Shown here one piece after another: positions 24,191 through 37,959 of a stretch of 64,000 nucleotides of DNA (the stretch's first letter is position 1; each line of letters begins with the position of its first letter). Both the position numbers and the translations under genes were made by a program. The DNA is taken from contig OY740786.1 of assembly GCA_963514005.1 (NCBI GenBank), positions 66,340,001 through 66,404,000 of the forward strand. Reading direction: 5' to 3'. The DNA is from Raja brachyura (Eukaryota). A model generated the notes under the pieces. The model searched no databases. It worked only from the letters and a program-made list of their open reading frames with translations, and was not told the DNA's origin.

Positions 24191-25212
24191 GGTGTGTATT
24201 ACTATTTCCGTCACAACGGTCAATTTTGTAATTAGTTACAATTAGGTAACTAACTAATTATATACTTTAATTTCAGGTCATCCAAGTAAGATGTTTTGTA
24301 TTTGTTTCAGAATGCTTCAATCTATAATAACTGCAAATTTCATTCAGCTCTCCTAATTTTTAAGAAAGTTATGGGCTTTTGACTGACCTCGATCACAGCT
24401 TTTGTGTTAAGTCAATGCAAAAGCAATAGGGAACAAGATGCTAATTTCCGAGTATGCCGTAACATTTTTAATACTGAAGATATGAAAGAGAATTAGGTGT
24501 CAAATTAAAGTTCTTTTTAAGCTTTATCTGATGGGATAAATTACAGGCTTGGTTTTTTAAATGTTGTAACATTCATACATAAATCTACTCTGCAGCCTTT
24601 CCAGTTTAACGACATCAGGGCTGCCAGAACTGTACTCCAGATGTGGCCTTACCAATGTCATGCATTTTTCTACTCTGATCCCAACGTCTGACACCACAAT
24701 GTTTAAAGTAAATTAGCACAAGTCTGCGGGTCCCAAATGAAGTATTTATTTCGCGTTAAATTCATGCAGTTCTATTATGAAAGTGAAAAGGCGCACGAAA
24801 TGTATTGCCCAAAATTGGACAGGCACACAATATTTTCTGAACTATGTATTATTTTAAAAAGCCATAGCAAGAATAGTTCTCATAATATTTAAATTCACAC
24901 AAGCTATCCGTTTGCCGAGATACCAATTTGCTGTCATGTATCCCTTTCTTGACATTTAATTATCGGGATCCGACGATAAATAAACACCATAGTAATATGA
25001 CACTCCAGCAATCGGATTTACTATCTAAAATTAATGTAGTGAGTACACCGGATCGTCAAGGCGAAAATGAGGCAACACAGTGGAGCAATCGCACGGTGTT
25101 GTGGCACTTGAAGAAAGCCGAGCCGCAGGCCTCACTCCGCAAACACACCGCCTGCCTCCATGTTCGGTGAGGCACAGCAAACACCCTCGTCCGATCAATC
25201 CTGCGCTCCTAC

Positions 25213-25317
25213 CTCAGAAACTTTCATGTCCACTATCCTCTCCACTTCGTATACATCTTCCTCTGCTTCGCTTTCTTGCTCAGAATGCTCAGATTTCTCC
25301 GCCTCCACCGCCGCCAT
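25213..25317 (-). CDS. MPHOSPH8: MPP8 coding exon 1 (MAAVEAEKSEHSEQESEAEEDVYEVERIVDMKVSE), start of chromodomain
   Basis: ATG at 25317; EDVYEVERIVDMK matches human MPP8 EDVFEVEKILDMK; donor GAG|gtagga; 105 nt, phase 0. Confidence 0.93.
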
Positions 25318-25399
25318 CGCCTCGGTCGCTCACGTTCGTGCCTCTGAAAAAAACTATCAAGGAGAAACGACAACCGGAGGGCGAGGCTTGGATGACGGA

Positions 25400-25610
25400 G
25401 TCTCTGCCCCGAACCAATCAAAGGTGGGAATACAATGATTGGCATTAGAAGTTAACCAATCGGCGATGGATGGCTGTTGTTGACGTCGTCCCCATTCGTT
25501 AACGGCACCGCCCCGTCCCTCCAATGGGCGGTGTGGAGGGCGGCGATCAGTTCACGGACATCACCAATCACAGCTCACATCCCTCGAAGGACACATCGTT
25601 CAACCAATTC
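25400..25610 (-). promoter_or_regulatory. MPHOSPH8 CpG-rich promoter with clustered CCAAT boxes, CRE-like site and GC box
   Basis: CCAAT/ATTGG near 25414, 25438, 25456, 25521, 25564 and 25603; TGACGTCG at 25481; GGGCGG motifs; directly upstream of exon 1. Confidence 0.7.
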
Positions 25611-25994
25611 AAACTATAATTATTAATAAAGGTAAGTATTTACATAAGGCCTTAGGCACGGTAAGAAGGCGAGGATATGTTTTGAGTCTGTTCTATATAT
25701 TTTAGAGGGGAAAGCGGAAGGAAAAGGAAAAAAGACGAAGACAGTAATAACATTATCTGTGGCGTAGTGAATATAAACGACGCAAAATGTATACTCAAGA
25801 ATAAGGAGCATTTTCTGTGATAACCTGCGATGCTGTGATGGCTGCCTCGTCACTTCCACTGCCAGAAATTATCGCGTTCTAAGAGTTCAAAGCTTCACTT
25901 GGTCACCTTGCAGTTGCATTTGTTTTCCATGCTTTTGTGTTTTACATGATGTTCGTGTAGCAGATTTCCGAAACGTTATGTTTACTCCAGTGGT

Positions 25995-27152
25995 AGACAA
26001 AAATGCTGGAGAAACTCAGCGGTGAGGCAGCATCTGTGGCAAAGATACTCTTTGATCAATGGAGCGAAGGAAATAGGCAACGTTTCGGAGAAGAAAGGAA
26101 GAGGTGGAGCCAGTGGGCTGAGGGAGAGCTGAGAAGGGGAGGAGAAAGTAAGGACTACCTGAAATTAGAGAAGTCAATGTTCATACTGCTGAGGTGCAAA
26201 CTGCCCAAGCGAAATATGAGGTGCTGCTTCTCCAATTTACAGTGGTCCTCACTCTGGGCATGCGAGGAACCTGAGGACAGACAGGTCGGATTTGGAATGG
26301 GAGGGGAAGTTGAAGTGCTGAGCCACTGGGAGATCAGGTTGGTTATTGCGAACTGAGAGGAGGCGTCCGGCGAAGCGATCAACAAGCCTACGCTTGGTCT
26401 CACCGCTGTAGAGCAGCTGATATCTGGAGCAGCGAATGCAATAGATGAGGTTGGAGGAGGTGCAGGTGAACCTCTGCCGCACCTGGAAAGACTGCTTGGG
26501 TCCTTGGGGGGAGGTAAAGGGGGGGGGGGGGGGGGGGTAAGTGTAGCATTTCTTGCAGTTGCAAGGCAAAGTGCCCGGAGAGGGGGTGGTTTGGGTGGGA
26601 AGGAACAAATTGACCAGGGAGTTATGGAGGGAGCGGTCTCTGCGGAAAGGAGACTGGGGAGGCAGACGGGGGGGAGATGGGAAGATGTGGCAAGTGGTGG
26701 GGTCATGTTGGAGGTGGCGAAAATGACGGAGGATTATTTGTTGTATGTGACGGCTGGTAGGGTGGAAGGTGAGGAGAAGGGGGACTCTGCCATTGTTACA
26801 AGTGGGGGGGATGGGGAATGAGAGTAGTCACGGGGTATAGAAGAGGCCCTGGTGAGAGCCTCATCTATGGTAGAAGAGAGGAGCCCCCGTTCCCTGAAGA
26901 ATGAAGACATCTCCGATGGCCTGGTGTGGAACACCTCATCCTGGGTGCAGATGTGGCGTAGACGGAGGAAGTGGGAGTAGGGGATGGAATCCTTAAAGGA
27001 AGCAGGGTGGGAAGAAGTGCAGTCCAGATAGGCATGGGAGTCAGTGGGTTTATAGTGGATGTCGGTCAGGAGTCTATCCCCTGCGATGGAGATAGTGAGG
27101 TCAAGAAATGGTAAGGAAATGGTCCAGTTGTATTTGAGTGCTGGATGGAATT
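25995..27152 (-). mobile_element. Penelope-like element fragment (RT thumb, GIY-YIG, pseudo-LTR)
   Basis: SLPFLDLTI, HYKPTDSH.YLD, FTCTSSNLIYCIRC, Y.GETKRRL. Confidence 0.92.
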
Positions 27153-27489
27153 TTTTATCCAGTGCCATTTTAGTTTGAATGGAATAAGCGAGTTTGGTAT
27201 TACAACTGCACCTGCCCAGGTCATGGATAAACATTCCCGTCAGCTGAGCTGTGTGTGTATGCACCAGCGTATTCATTTCAATACGATTTATAAATAAATG
27301 TCAAATATGTCAGCAGTAGGCCACAGGGTACGGCAGGCTGCACAAATACACAATTCTATCTATTGAAATGATTGACTCAACACAGAACCGGCCTTGCAAA
27401 CGCAAGGATGCCTGGAACGAACCTGTCAATTAACAAATCCCTGGCATTAGCCCGAGTCACAGCCATTCAAATTTGATATTGATTTACAC

Positions 27490-27982
27490 CAGGGGCCGGC
27501 AACCTACCACCCCCGGGTCAAATCTGGCCCTTAACCCAAAATCATCATTTTTTCCTCAATCATCTGGCCCGCAGACTTCCGTCATCTCCGGCACCTGGAA
27601 TGTTTAAGAAAGAACTGCAGATGCTGTAAATATCGATCGTAGAAAAAAATGCTGGAGTGAATTTGGAAGGCGATTTGGCAGTAAGTGAATTTGGCTGGAG
27701 TGAATTTGGAAGGTGATTCTGCGCAAAGCCGTCGGCACGGCCGTGCACCTTCTGTGTCTGGGCTTCACTGTTGGGATTGGGGTTGTCAGTACACCGGGGA
27801 CGAGTGAGTATGCTATTTGAGCTCAGTGCTCCAGGTGGCGTCCTCAAAGGGATCTACGTGAACACGTGATTTAATGCCTGCCATCTGGGGCGGGTTCCAT
27901 GTGTACACGTGATAGATGTGGCCCACCATCCGCTCACAGACATATGTCCTGGCCCCTTAGCAGAAAAGGTTGCCGACCCCTG
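27490..27982. mobile_element. Non-autonomous hAT (Charlie-like) element
   Basis: TIR CAGGGGCCGGCAACCT / AGGTTGCCGACCCCTG; decayed 8-bp flanks atttacac and atttgcgt. Confidence 0.82.
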
Positions 27983-29179
27983 ATTTGCGTGAGTTACAAG
28001 TTGTGTGGTCAACCAATTTGAGATAGTCCTTGCATTCCAATCTAAACAATCTTCCTGGATTGAAGGAAATGAGAAAGTGCTGTGTGGGGGGTAGGTTGGA
28101 AAGTTCAGATTGGATTCGAACAGGCTGGTTAAACTTTCGAGGTGGGTTGGCTTAAAATGCTGTCGCTTTAACCTCTGGGATTGGTTCCACTCCGTCGGGG
28201 CACACAGTTGGGAGCCGGGTCCGGGTGACCGGGTGGTGATAATTGTGAGAATTTGCAGCAATTTGAACCGCAGCCAAACTAGACTGGCCAAACTAGCCAA
28301 ATCCACCCTTCCGCCACTCAGCAACCTGGGCTGATCTGATCTGACAGCCCTCTCGCTAGCTTGCAGTGTGCCCGATCCTAATGCAGAACCTCCACAAAAC
28401 CTTTGGGCTTCGGGTAACATCTGCACAGAGAGCCTATGCTAACAAAGGTTGGTGAACTGAGCTGTGCTGGGTGAGATGGCTGGGGGAAACGCAACACAAC
28501 CACGGAACAGCACAGACCCTCCACTCAATCTATCCAATACTAAAGGGCAGGCATATCGCAGTTAAACGTCGTATATCAAATTGGTGGCTCCTTCACAGGG
28601 CCAACCCTGTACTCAGTTTTCCTCTGAGATGAATCTTTGTCTTAACGGTACATTCATACCGCCTGTAGGTAAAGCATCAACCCACATCACATTGATACAG
28701 TCACTGCCTGCCTCAGATTAAATATATTTTTACACATCAATTATGAATAAAGATAAGAAAATGTTTCAAACACGAGTAATATTTTCTTATTCCAGTAACA
28801 AACACATTAAGGATTAAATGAAAAAAATAAATTCTTTAACTGTTTGAATATCTCATCATTGCAGATTAATGAACTGAACTAGAACTGGGACTGTGTAAGT
28901 TGTGTGTGAACAGCAGAACAAGAAAGGAAGCTATTGAGTTGACAGAATTCTAGATTAATTCCTTGGTAGAATAGTTAACAATGTTTGCACCGAGCTGCGT
29001 TTGCTTTTTTAAAAATCCCAAATGACCTTTGACAAATTCCACAATCCCTTGCGTTTATCGAGATACCGCTCGCTTATTGAACACTCCTTGTTTTTCAAAG
29101 AACGCATGTGTACTTAAGTATGTGCCAACGATTTAAAAAAAAATTAATAGCAATATCATGGTAAGTTTTTTTACAAACA

Positions 29180-30850
29180 GGGTTACACAAAAAGCTGGAG
29201 AAACTCAGCGGGTGCAGCAGCATCTAAGGAGCGAAGGAGATAGGCGACGTTTCAGGTTGAGACCCTTCTTCAGACTGGTTAGGGATCAGGGAAACGAGAG
29301 ATATAGACAGTGATGTGGAGAGATAAAGAACAATGAATTAAAGATATGCAAAAAAGTATCGATGATAAAGGAAACAGGCCATTGTAAGCTGTTTGTAGTG
29401 TGAAAATGAGAAGCTAGTGCGACTTGGGTGGGGGGGGAGATAGAGAGAGAAGGAATGCCAGGGCTCGAGGGCTGAGGGAGAGGTGGGGAGGAGGCGGCCT
29501 GGGTTAACAGAATTGAGAAAATTCAATGTTTAAGCCCAGAGGATGCAGACTCCCCAAGCGGAATAGGAGGTGCTGTTCCTCCAACTTGCGGTGTTGCTCA
29601 CTCTGGCCGTGGAGGAAGCTCAGGACCGAGAGGTCGGATACGGAATGGGAGGGAGAGTTGAAATGCTGAGCCACTGGGAGGTCGGGTTGGTTATTGCGGA
29701 CCGAGCGGAGGTGTTCGGCGAAACGATCGCCCAGCCTCCGCTTGGTCTCACCGACGTAGATCAGCTGGCTTCTGGAGCAATGGATGCAGTAGATGAGGTT
29801 GGAGGAGGTGCAGGTGAACCTCTATCGGACTTGGAAGGACTGCTTGGGTCCCTGAAAGCAGTGGATGGGGGAGGTGAAGGGACAAGTGTAGCATCTCTTG
29901 CGGTTGCAAAGGAAAGTGCCCGGGGAAGGGAAGAATTGACAAGGGAGTTGCGGAGGGAGCGGTCTTTGCGGAAGGCAGACGGGGGGAGATGGGAAGATGT
30001 TGCGAGTGGAGGGGTCACACTGGAGGTGGCGAAACTGGCGGAGGACTATCTGTTGTATGCGCCGGCTAGTGGGGTGAAAGGTGAGGACCAGGGGGACTCT
30101 GCCCTTGTTTTGAGTGGGGGAATGGGGAGAGTGGGCAGTGTGGCGTGGTATGGAGGAGACCCTGGTGCGAGCCTCATCTATAGTGGGGGAGGGTAAACCC
30201 CGTTCTCTAAAGAACGAGGACATTTGTGATGACCTGGTGTGGAACACCTCATCCTGGGAGCAGATGCGGCGTAGACGGAGGAATTGGGAATATGGGATGG
30301 AGTCCTTACAGGAAGCAGGGTGGGAGGAAGAGTAGTCCAGGTAGCTGTGGGAGTCAGTTGGTTTGTAGTGGATGTCGGTCAGGAGTGTATCACCTGCAAT
30401 AGAGATGGTGAGGTCAAGGAATGGTAGGGAAATGTCGGAAATGGTCGAAGTGTAACGGAGGTAAAGGTCGGGGGTGGGGCCCTGGTACGCCGAGAACAAA
30501 GATTGTTCGACGTGCCCGACAAAGAGGCAGGCGTAGCTAGGGCCCATGCGTGTGCCCATAGCTACGCCTTGTGTTTGGAGGAAATGGGAGGAGTCAAAAG
30601 AGAAGTTATTGAAGGTAAGGACCAACTCTGCTAGGCGGAGGAGGGTGTCAGTGAACAGGTATGGGTTGCTCCTCTGGTCGAGGAAGTACCGGAGGGCTTT
30701 GAGACCATCCTGGTGGGGGATGGAGGTGTATGGTGAAGATGAGGGGATGGGGGCCTGGGGAATGGAATGCGTGGAGCCAACGGAGAGTGTCTGAGATGTC
30801 TTGAACATAGGTGGGGAGGGATTTAACAAAGGGGGATAGGATGGAGTCAA
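29180..30850 (-). mobile_element. Penelope-like retroelement (RT plus GIY-YIG), 5'-truncated, with 13-bp TSD
   Basis: YTSIPH, QTQGVAMGTRMGPSYA, YLRY (catalytic DD segment deleted), PFLD and GIY-YIG motifs; TTTTTTACAAACA at 29167-29179 and 30851-30863. Confidence 0.95.
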
Positions 30851-31684
30851 TTTTTTACAAACATTCTGGTATTTGTTTCTTGTCTAACTAGTTACATTGG
30901 GTAATCCATTTGGTTGAGGATGATTTGCGTTCACTTTGGAGTTCTAAGGTGGCTGAACATGTGTGTGTAGGAAGTGCAGGTGCTGGTTTATACCGAAGAT
31001 AGACACAAAATGTTTGAGTAGCTCAGCGGGTCAGGCAGCATCTCTGGAGAAAAGGAATAGTAGAAATTGCAGGTTGATAACCTTGCACTTGGACTAAATG
31101 TTATTCCCTTATCACGTACACTGTAAATGGCTCGATTATAATGAAACATTGTCTTTCTGCTGACTGGGTAGCACACAACAAAAGCTTTTCACTGTACCTT
31201 GGTACATGTGACAATAAACCTATCTTTTTTAGACCAAAAAGTTATTTTGTGTCCATGTAAGATGGCTGATATGATTGTGATTTACGAAGTATACAGTTTA
31301 GGAGTGTTGAGTGCTCCCGTTTGAATGATATTCGCGAGTTCTAAAAGAATCTACAACATCGAGGTAGTTCCAAAGCTCTGAATATCATCCGAAGTCTGTT
31401 ACAGTAGGCATGGACTAAAAGTCAGCCTAGTACCGTCTAGCCAGAGTGAGAGCTATATGAAGCCTTGGTGAAGATCCTGAAAGGGAGTACCAGATGACCC
31501 CAGTGATTCAAATTACTGCAAAAGATAATATTCAAATATCTATTATGAGTCAGAATATTCAAAGTAGTGTGAAAACAGGCACCAAGGTGAATGTTTTTTT
31601 TAAAGTAACCAAAGTAGTGGCAATTGTGTTCAGTCATCTGGTAATGTACCAAATGCAATCTTATTGTAATTATTTGTTAACAGT

Positions 31685-32178
31685 CATAGACAATAGGTGC
31701 ATTAGTAGGCCATTTGGCCCTTCGAGCCAGCACTGCCATTCAATGTGATCATGGCTGATCATCGCCATTCAATGTGATCATGGCTGATTATCCCCAATCA
31801 GTACCCCATTCCTCCCTTCTCCCCATATGCCCTGACTCCACTAGCCTTAAGAGCCCTATCTAGCTCTCTCTTGAAAGTATCCAGAGAACCGGCCTCCACC
31901 GCCCACTGAGGCAGAGAATTCCACACTCACAACTCTCTGTGAGAAATAGTGTATCCTCGTCTCCGTTCTAAATGGCATACCCTTTATTCTTAAACTGTGG
32001 CCCCTGGTTCTGGACTCCCCCAACATCACAAACATGTTTCCTGCCTATAGCGTGTCCAAACCCTTACCAATCTTGTATGTTTCAATCAGATCCCCTCTCA
32101 TCCTTCTAAACCCCAGAGTGTACAAGCCCAGCCGCTCCATTCTTTCAGCATGTGACGAGTCCTGCCATCCCGGGAAGA
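31685..32178 (-). mobile_element. CR1 LINE 3' end
   Basis: Reverse strand encodes RMRGDLIETYKI and the CR1 3' UTR. Confidence 0.85.
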
Positions 32179-33459
32179 ACTATGTATTATGTAGATGATT
32201 TAGTCTACGTAGGTGGCATTAGGAAGGTGGTGGTTACTTTGGTTACCCAATGTTTGTTTAGGATAAATAATGACTCCTACCAAGAGTGGCAGTGATGAGA
32301 GAGTTGAATGGCAACTGCCTACATGCCTGACATCTTAAGATAATGTTATCAACACTGGCAGTATATAATATAATATAAAATATAAGACCTAGAAATTAAT
32401 ACCTAAGGTTAATTGGGTAAGGGAAGAAACTAATGGAAAGAATCGTCTGGCTATAATTGGATCATCAGTAAAAAAAAGTATTGTCCCACTAATTTAAGGA
32501 AATGGAGAATAATTGTTTTTGGTGATCAATTAAACAATAAATTATTGGATAGATTTTGGATGAGAACTTGATGCATCACAGGTAAGTACTGAAGATCTAA
32601 TTGTATTCTTCATTGAAGTGAAAACATGACAGAATGAATTCAAACAGTCATGAGGGAAAATATTAACAAATTTAGAAGCTGGCAGTGGAAGCATTTTAGA
32701 AAAAGGGAGTTAAAGAAGGTGCATTACTTTAAAAGTTTTTTTGGGGCGATGCCTTCACATTACATTGGTTAGACATCTGGTGTACTTTGTATTGTTGTCG
32801 ACACTGCCTCAGAAGGACTACAAATTCACCAAAACATTACCAAAGCTTATTTTATATAGCAAAATAATCAAGACTTTTATTTCCTAATTAAATTCATTTT
32901 AGGTTTTTGAAAGCAAATGCCAGAGTGATTGGGCAGATCAACAGAACATCACAGTGAATGGAAAACCAAAATGCCATTGTGTTGGAATTATTTTTACACA
33001 GATTTGTGTACATGGGGAAGAACGGAAGTAAGTAGTTATTTGTGTATATTGAGGGATCAAGAAAATAATCAGAAAATGCCTTGTTTAAGAATGATAATTA
33101 GAATAAATACACGGTTGATAGAGTGAAGTGTCCTGATAATAGAAAAAGTTATTAGGGGTTATTATTTTAAGCAATTTGGGCATTTTTCAGATAATTGGAG
33201 GTTAGTAAATGACTCTAACCAAAATTAGTAGGTAAAGCATAATAGCTCTTGTATATTATTCCTTATTTTATTGAATGTGATAGTCCAATTAAAATGAAAT
33301 ATTCTAGTGCTTGCAATAAAAATTATTAAAGCACTCTTTTAACAATCTAGATTTAATAATAGATTTGTCTTTACATCAGAAATGTTTTATTTTTGGTTAG
33401 AAAGAGGGCCATGAGAAGAAATTCACCACCATTATTTTCATTTCAATGTAATGGTATCC

Positions 33460-33805
33460 TTCCTATAACTGGGGAAAGGGAACTGTATATAGTACTCCAA
33501 GTGTGGTCTTACCAACTACTTGGAGAGCAGCATTATGATGTCTCAGCTTTTGTACTCTATAATACCCATTGAAGGCAAGCGGGCCATTTCCTTCTGTCAC
33601 TTGACTCGCCACTTTCATGGAACTCCCATATCTCTGTTCGACCATTTACTGCCTGATTTGACATACCACTGTGCAACTCCTTTTGTTTGTCAGAGTTAAA
33701 TTCCATATGCCATTCCATGACCCAACTGAACCAGATCCTGTTGTAAATTTTGATATCCTTTCATACTGTCCGGTACACCACCAATTTTGGTGCCACCTGC
33801 AAATG
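33460..33805 (-). mobile_element. Degenerate CR1 RT fragment
   Basis: Reverse-strand remnants of the KFA..TKIGG and LVRPHLEY regions. Confidence 0.65.
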
Positions 33806-34112
33806 TTTCGGGTAGTGGTTGCATGGAGGGGGCGGAGGTGTTCGCAAGAATGTGCGGATTATTATTTTTAAAGATTAATATAAATGGGTGGTCGACGGAG
33901 TCTCTGTGGCCGAGTTCCCGTGCTATATATCTATAGAAAGTTTCGAAACATCTATAGTTGTACAGGTCAACACGGCTTTTAAATCACGTTTGTTATTTGG
34001 GAGCCTTTTGTATAACTGACAGCCATAAAATATTTAATGTTCCAATTATTAAATCACATTCGATTTTGCCGTTGCAACGAGCGTTAATGTATCACTAATT
34101 GGCTGCATTGTA

Positions 34113-37100
34113 TAGCGATGTTACAAAACCTACCTTCAGCGGCGCTGCAGTTTTGCCACTGGCCGTGTGCGCAACTCTGGTGCCTTTGTGGGGGGGGGGA
34201 GGGGATTAAAATGCAGTTTTGTACTGCCTGTCGGAGGAGGAATTCCCTCGTGGTGCTAGCTGATGAAGAAAAATCGATCGGACTTCCGTTCCCGGTTTAT
34301 TTAAAAAATAATTCGCTGGAAAATTTAATAATTGGATTAAAATAAAAAGCGACTTCTAACGCCCTCAATGCCTACAACATAACGGATCGCAAGAATTCAA
34401 TTCAATCTTTAATTGTCATTGTGCAGTATACAGTACAGAGCCAACCAAATGCAGTTAGCATTTCCCCAGAAGAGCGAACTTAGAATAATGAACGGTAAAA
34501 AAAATATATGTACAAACAGTATCAGTACTGCAATTATACTGGGAGAAGGAGTGTCCGGGGAGGGGGGGGGGGGGGGGGGGGTGACTGGCAATCACCGAGG
34601 TGCAGAGTTAAGTATTGTAACAGCCGCAGGGAAGAAGCTGTACCTGAATCTGCTGGTCAGGCAACGGAGGGACCTGTAGCGCCTCCCAGATGGGAGGAGG
34701 GTAAATAGTCTGTGGCTGGGGTGAGACCAGTCCTTGACGATGCTGCGCGCCCTTCGCAGACATCGCTTGCTATTGACAGATTCAATGGAGGGGAGTGAGG
34801 AACCGGTGATGCGTTGGCAATCACCGGGACAAAACAATGGGTAAGTTGTTTATTTTACATATAATCTTGCTTCTTGGGATGGCTTTAATCTAATTTTACG
34901 TTGTGAAAATGTTATTTGGGCCCCATACGAACCGGCCATGTCTTTCCTGCCGATATGGGGTTCAAATTCACCGCAAATGCAATGTTCCAATCGATCGCGT
35001 TCCAAAATCACCCACTCACAAGATGATTAAAATGCTCTTTTTTTTGGACAATCAAGTCATAAGTCATCTAAATTGTCTATATTTTGTGTTATTCACTCTC
35101 CATGATCATTATTTTTAAACTAAATATTCACAACAGTTTGAGTCACATGTATTGTGCAAAAAACAATAATTTTGATTATATTTTGAGTGGATGTTTCTGG
35201 ATTAATCTATGGGAATTAAACATTAAATTCCTTCCACTGTCATGAACCTATAGGCCATAGGTTCATGACAGTGAAATATAAAAATAATGTTATATTGTGA
35301 ATTATCCACAATTATTGAACAAACTAAAAAAGAATATTCTATATTGGAAAACACTACCAATATCAATGATTGGCAGAATAAATGCTATAAAAATGATTTT
35401 TCTACCACAATTATTATATTTATTTCAATCTATCCCTTTATACCTCTCTAAAACTTTTTTTTAAAATCGATTCTATTGTTAATAGCTTTATTTGGGATTA
35501 TAAAAGTCATAGGATAAGTAAAAAACATTTATGTAAATCTAAGATAAATGGAGGATTAGCACTACCTAATTTTTTATATTATATTTGGGCAGTTCAGATT
35601 AAGAATATGAATTTTTGGTTGGTAAATATGGATCAGGAACCAGCTTGGCTAAAGATGGAAAAGGAAGACTGTTTACCTTTTGATATAAGTTCGATTCTCT
35701 TTGCTCCAAGGGAAGTACAAAAAAAATTTATAGAGAAAACCCTATAATTTATAGCAATAGACGTATTTGGAAACAAATAGTTAAGTCTCTACATTTGGAT
35801 AATATGTCGCTTTGCTTACCAATTATGAATAATCGTTTATTTAAACCCTTTATATTGGATAAGGGGTTTAGACAATGGAAACATTTAGGAATTATAAGGA
35901 TAGAACATCTTTACAGGAAAGGAAAATTTCTCTGATTTCAAGAGTTAAAAGATATCTATGGATTGCATCAAAATAACTTGTTTAGGTATTTACAAATCAG
36001 AGACTATATTAAGTCAAACATGGAACACTATAAAAATAGAGAACCAGGATTACTGGATGAATTGCTTAACAAGCACCCAAATACAGAAAAACTAATAGCG
36101 TATATATATAATACTCTTTTGGATAGGGAAATTCCAACAACAGAATCATATGGGTAAATGAAACGGGCTTATCTATAATGAAAGATATTTGGGAAGAAAG
36201 TCTACAACGTATGCACCATTGTTCGTTAAATGGCAGACATACCTTGATACAATTCAAAGTATTACATAGATTACATTGTTCAAAAACGAAATTAAATAGA
36301 ATTTTTCCTAACATCTCTATTTGTGATAAATGTCAGAATTCAGAAGCTAATTTAACGCATAGTTTTGTAACATGTATAATACTTAATAGTTATTGGACTG
36401 ATATTTTTTAAATCATTTCTGTAGTTCTTAAAATCAAATTGGATCCCGACCCAAAGCTAATAATATTAAGAGTTTCAGATTCAAACCTAATATTAACAGT
36501 AAATCAAAGAAATTTCCTTGATTACTGTTTGATAATTGGAAAAAATATATATTAAAATTTTGGAAGGGAACATTATCCCCCACAATTAAAATGTGGACAG
36601 TGGAAATGTCGGAGGCGTTGCATTTGGAGAGAATCAGGTTTGTCCTAATGGATAAATATGAACTTTTTGAACAATTATGGTCTCCATTCACTGACTATTT
36701 GAAGGGGTAGCTGAGCTCAGCATTTTAACTCAACAAATACCCAGTTGTAGGATTAGATGAAATGATCTATTTTGAGATTTGTATACACGTCTGTATAGAT
36801 ATTGTTATGTGAAATTGTTCCATTCATTGTTAAGATGTATACTTCAATCATTTTTAATTATATAATAATTGTTTGCTTGGATTATTTTTTTTTTATTGTT
36901 TTGTTTTATTTTTCTTATATAATCATAATCAATATTATTTAATCTCCATCTTCGTTGATTATACACCTATTCTTTTACTTTACTTTCTAAAAAAAAGAAG
37001 CTTTCATAAATCATTTTGTAATATTTGTACAACTTTTGAAACAAGTTAAATGTGTATTTTAAAAACTGTTATATCATTGGCAATGCATTGCTTCTAATAA

Positions 37101-37730
37101 AAATATAAAAAAAATAAAATATTGTGAATTCTTGTGTGAATGTTATTTGGACACTTAGGCTATTTAAAAATGTTAACCTTTTCTTAAGAAATGGATAGAT
37201 GTTTAGATCTAGTAATCGAATTTAGATGAATTAAATTGATTTTGATGAAACTGATGAATATGAATTTCTTGTTGGGTATTTACTATTTGTTTTAGCGTTT
37301 AACTTTATAATAACTGAAAATTTCATTCAGTTCTCTTAATTTTTAAGGAAAGTATGGGCTTTTGACTGTCCTCTACAATTAGATAACTAACTAATTATAT
37401 GCTTTAATTTCAGGTCATCCAAGTAAGATTGTTTCATATTTGTTTCAGAATGCTTCAATCTATAATAACTGAAAATGTCATTGAGTTCTCTTAATTTTTA
37501 AGAAAGTTATGGGCTTTTAACTGTTCAAGATCAGAGCTTTTGAGTTTAGTCAATTGAAAGGCAATGGGGAACAAGATGCTAATTTCCGAGTATGAAAATG
37601 GTCATAACTTTCTTAATACTGAAGATATGAAAGTGAATTAGGTGTCAAATTACATTTCTTTTTATGCTTTATCTGATGGAATAAATTGCAGACTTGATTT
37701 TTAAAATCTCAAAATTTGGTAACATTGCTA
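34113..37730. mobile_element. Unclassified TIR DNA transposon, copy 2, with nested Rex1 (34395-34820, minus) and L1 (35305-37120, plus)
   Basis: TIR TAGCGATGTTACAAAA / TTTGGTAACATTGCTA; long homology to 21287-24577; lacks the Tudor-like ORF segment. Confidence 0.85.
35305..37120 (+). mobile_element. L1-clade LINE 3' fragment
   Basis: WKTLPISMIGRINAIKMIFLPQ, GGLALPNF, IQFKVLHRLH, CDKC...H...C zinc knuckle; AATAAA and A-rich tail. Confidence 0.92.
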
Positions 37731-37959
37731 ATGTAAGTGTCTGAGGCAACCAGAAATGTATAATGCCGAAGGTGTAATAACGTATAATCACGAAGGTTAA
37801 CACGGAAATAATACTGACTCCATCGAATGTAAAACTCTAACGATACCTGGCTTACATATGAATCATCTGAACGTTTTAAGAGTTTGCAACTCTCGGTGTA
37901 CGTTGCAGAGGCGAAGTATTTATCTTAGAGAGATTGCATTTCTCGAAGAAGGGAGGCGC

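Larger units (their letters stand above)
21287..24577. mobile_element. Unclassified TIR DNA transposon, copy 1, inserted into a reverse CR1 fragment
   Basis: Starts TAGCGATGTTACAA, ends TTGTAACATTCATA; CATAAAT duplicated on both sides; homologous to 34113-37730; CR1 sequence at 20850-21286 resumes at 24578. Confidence 0.82.
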
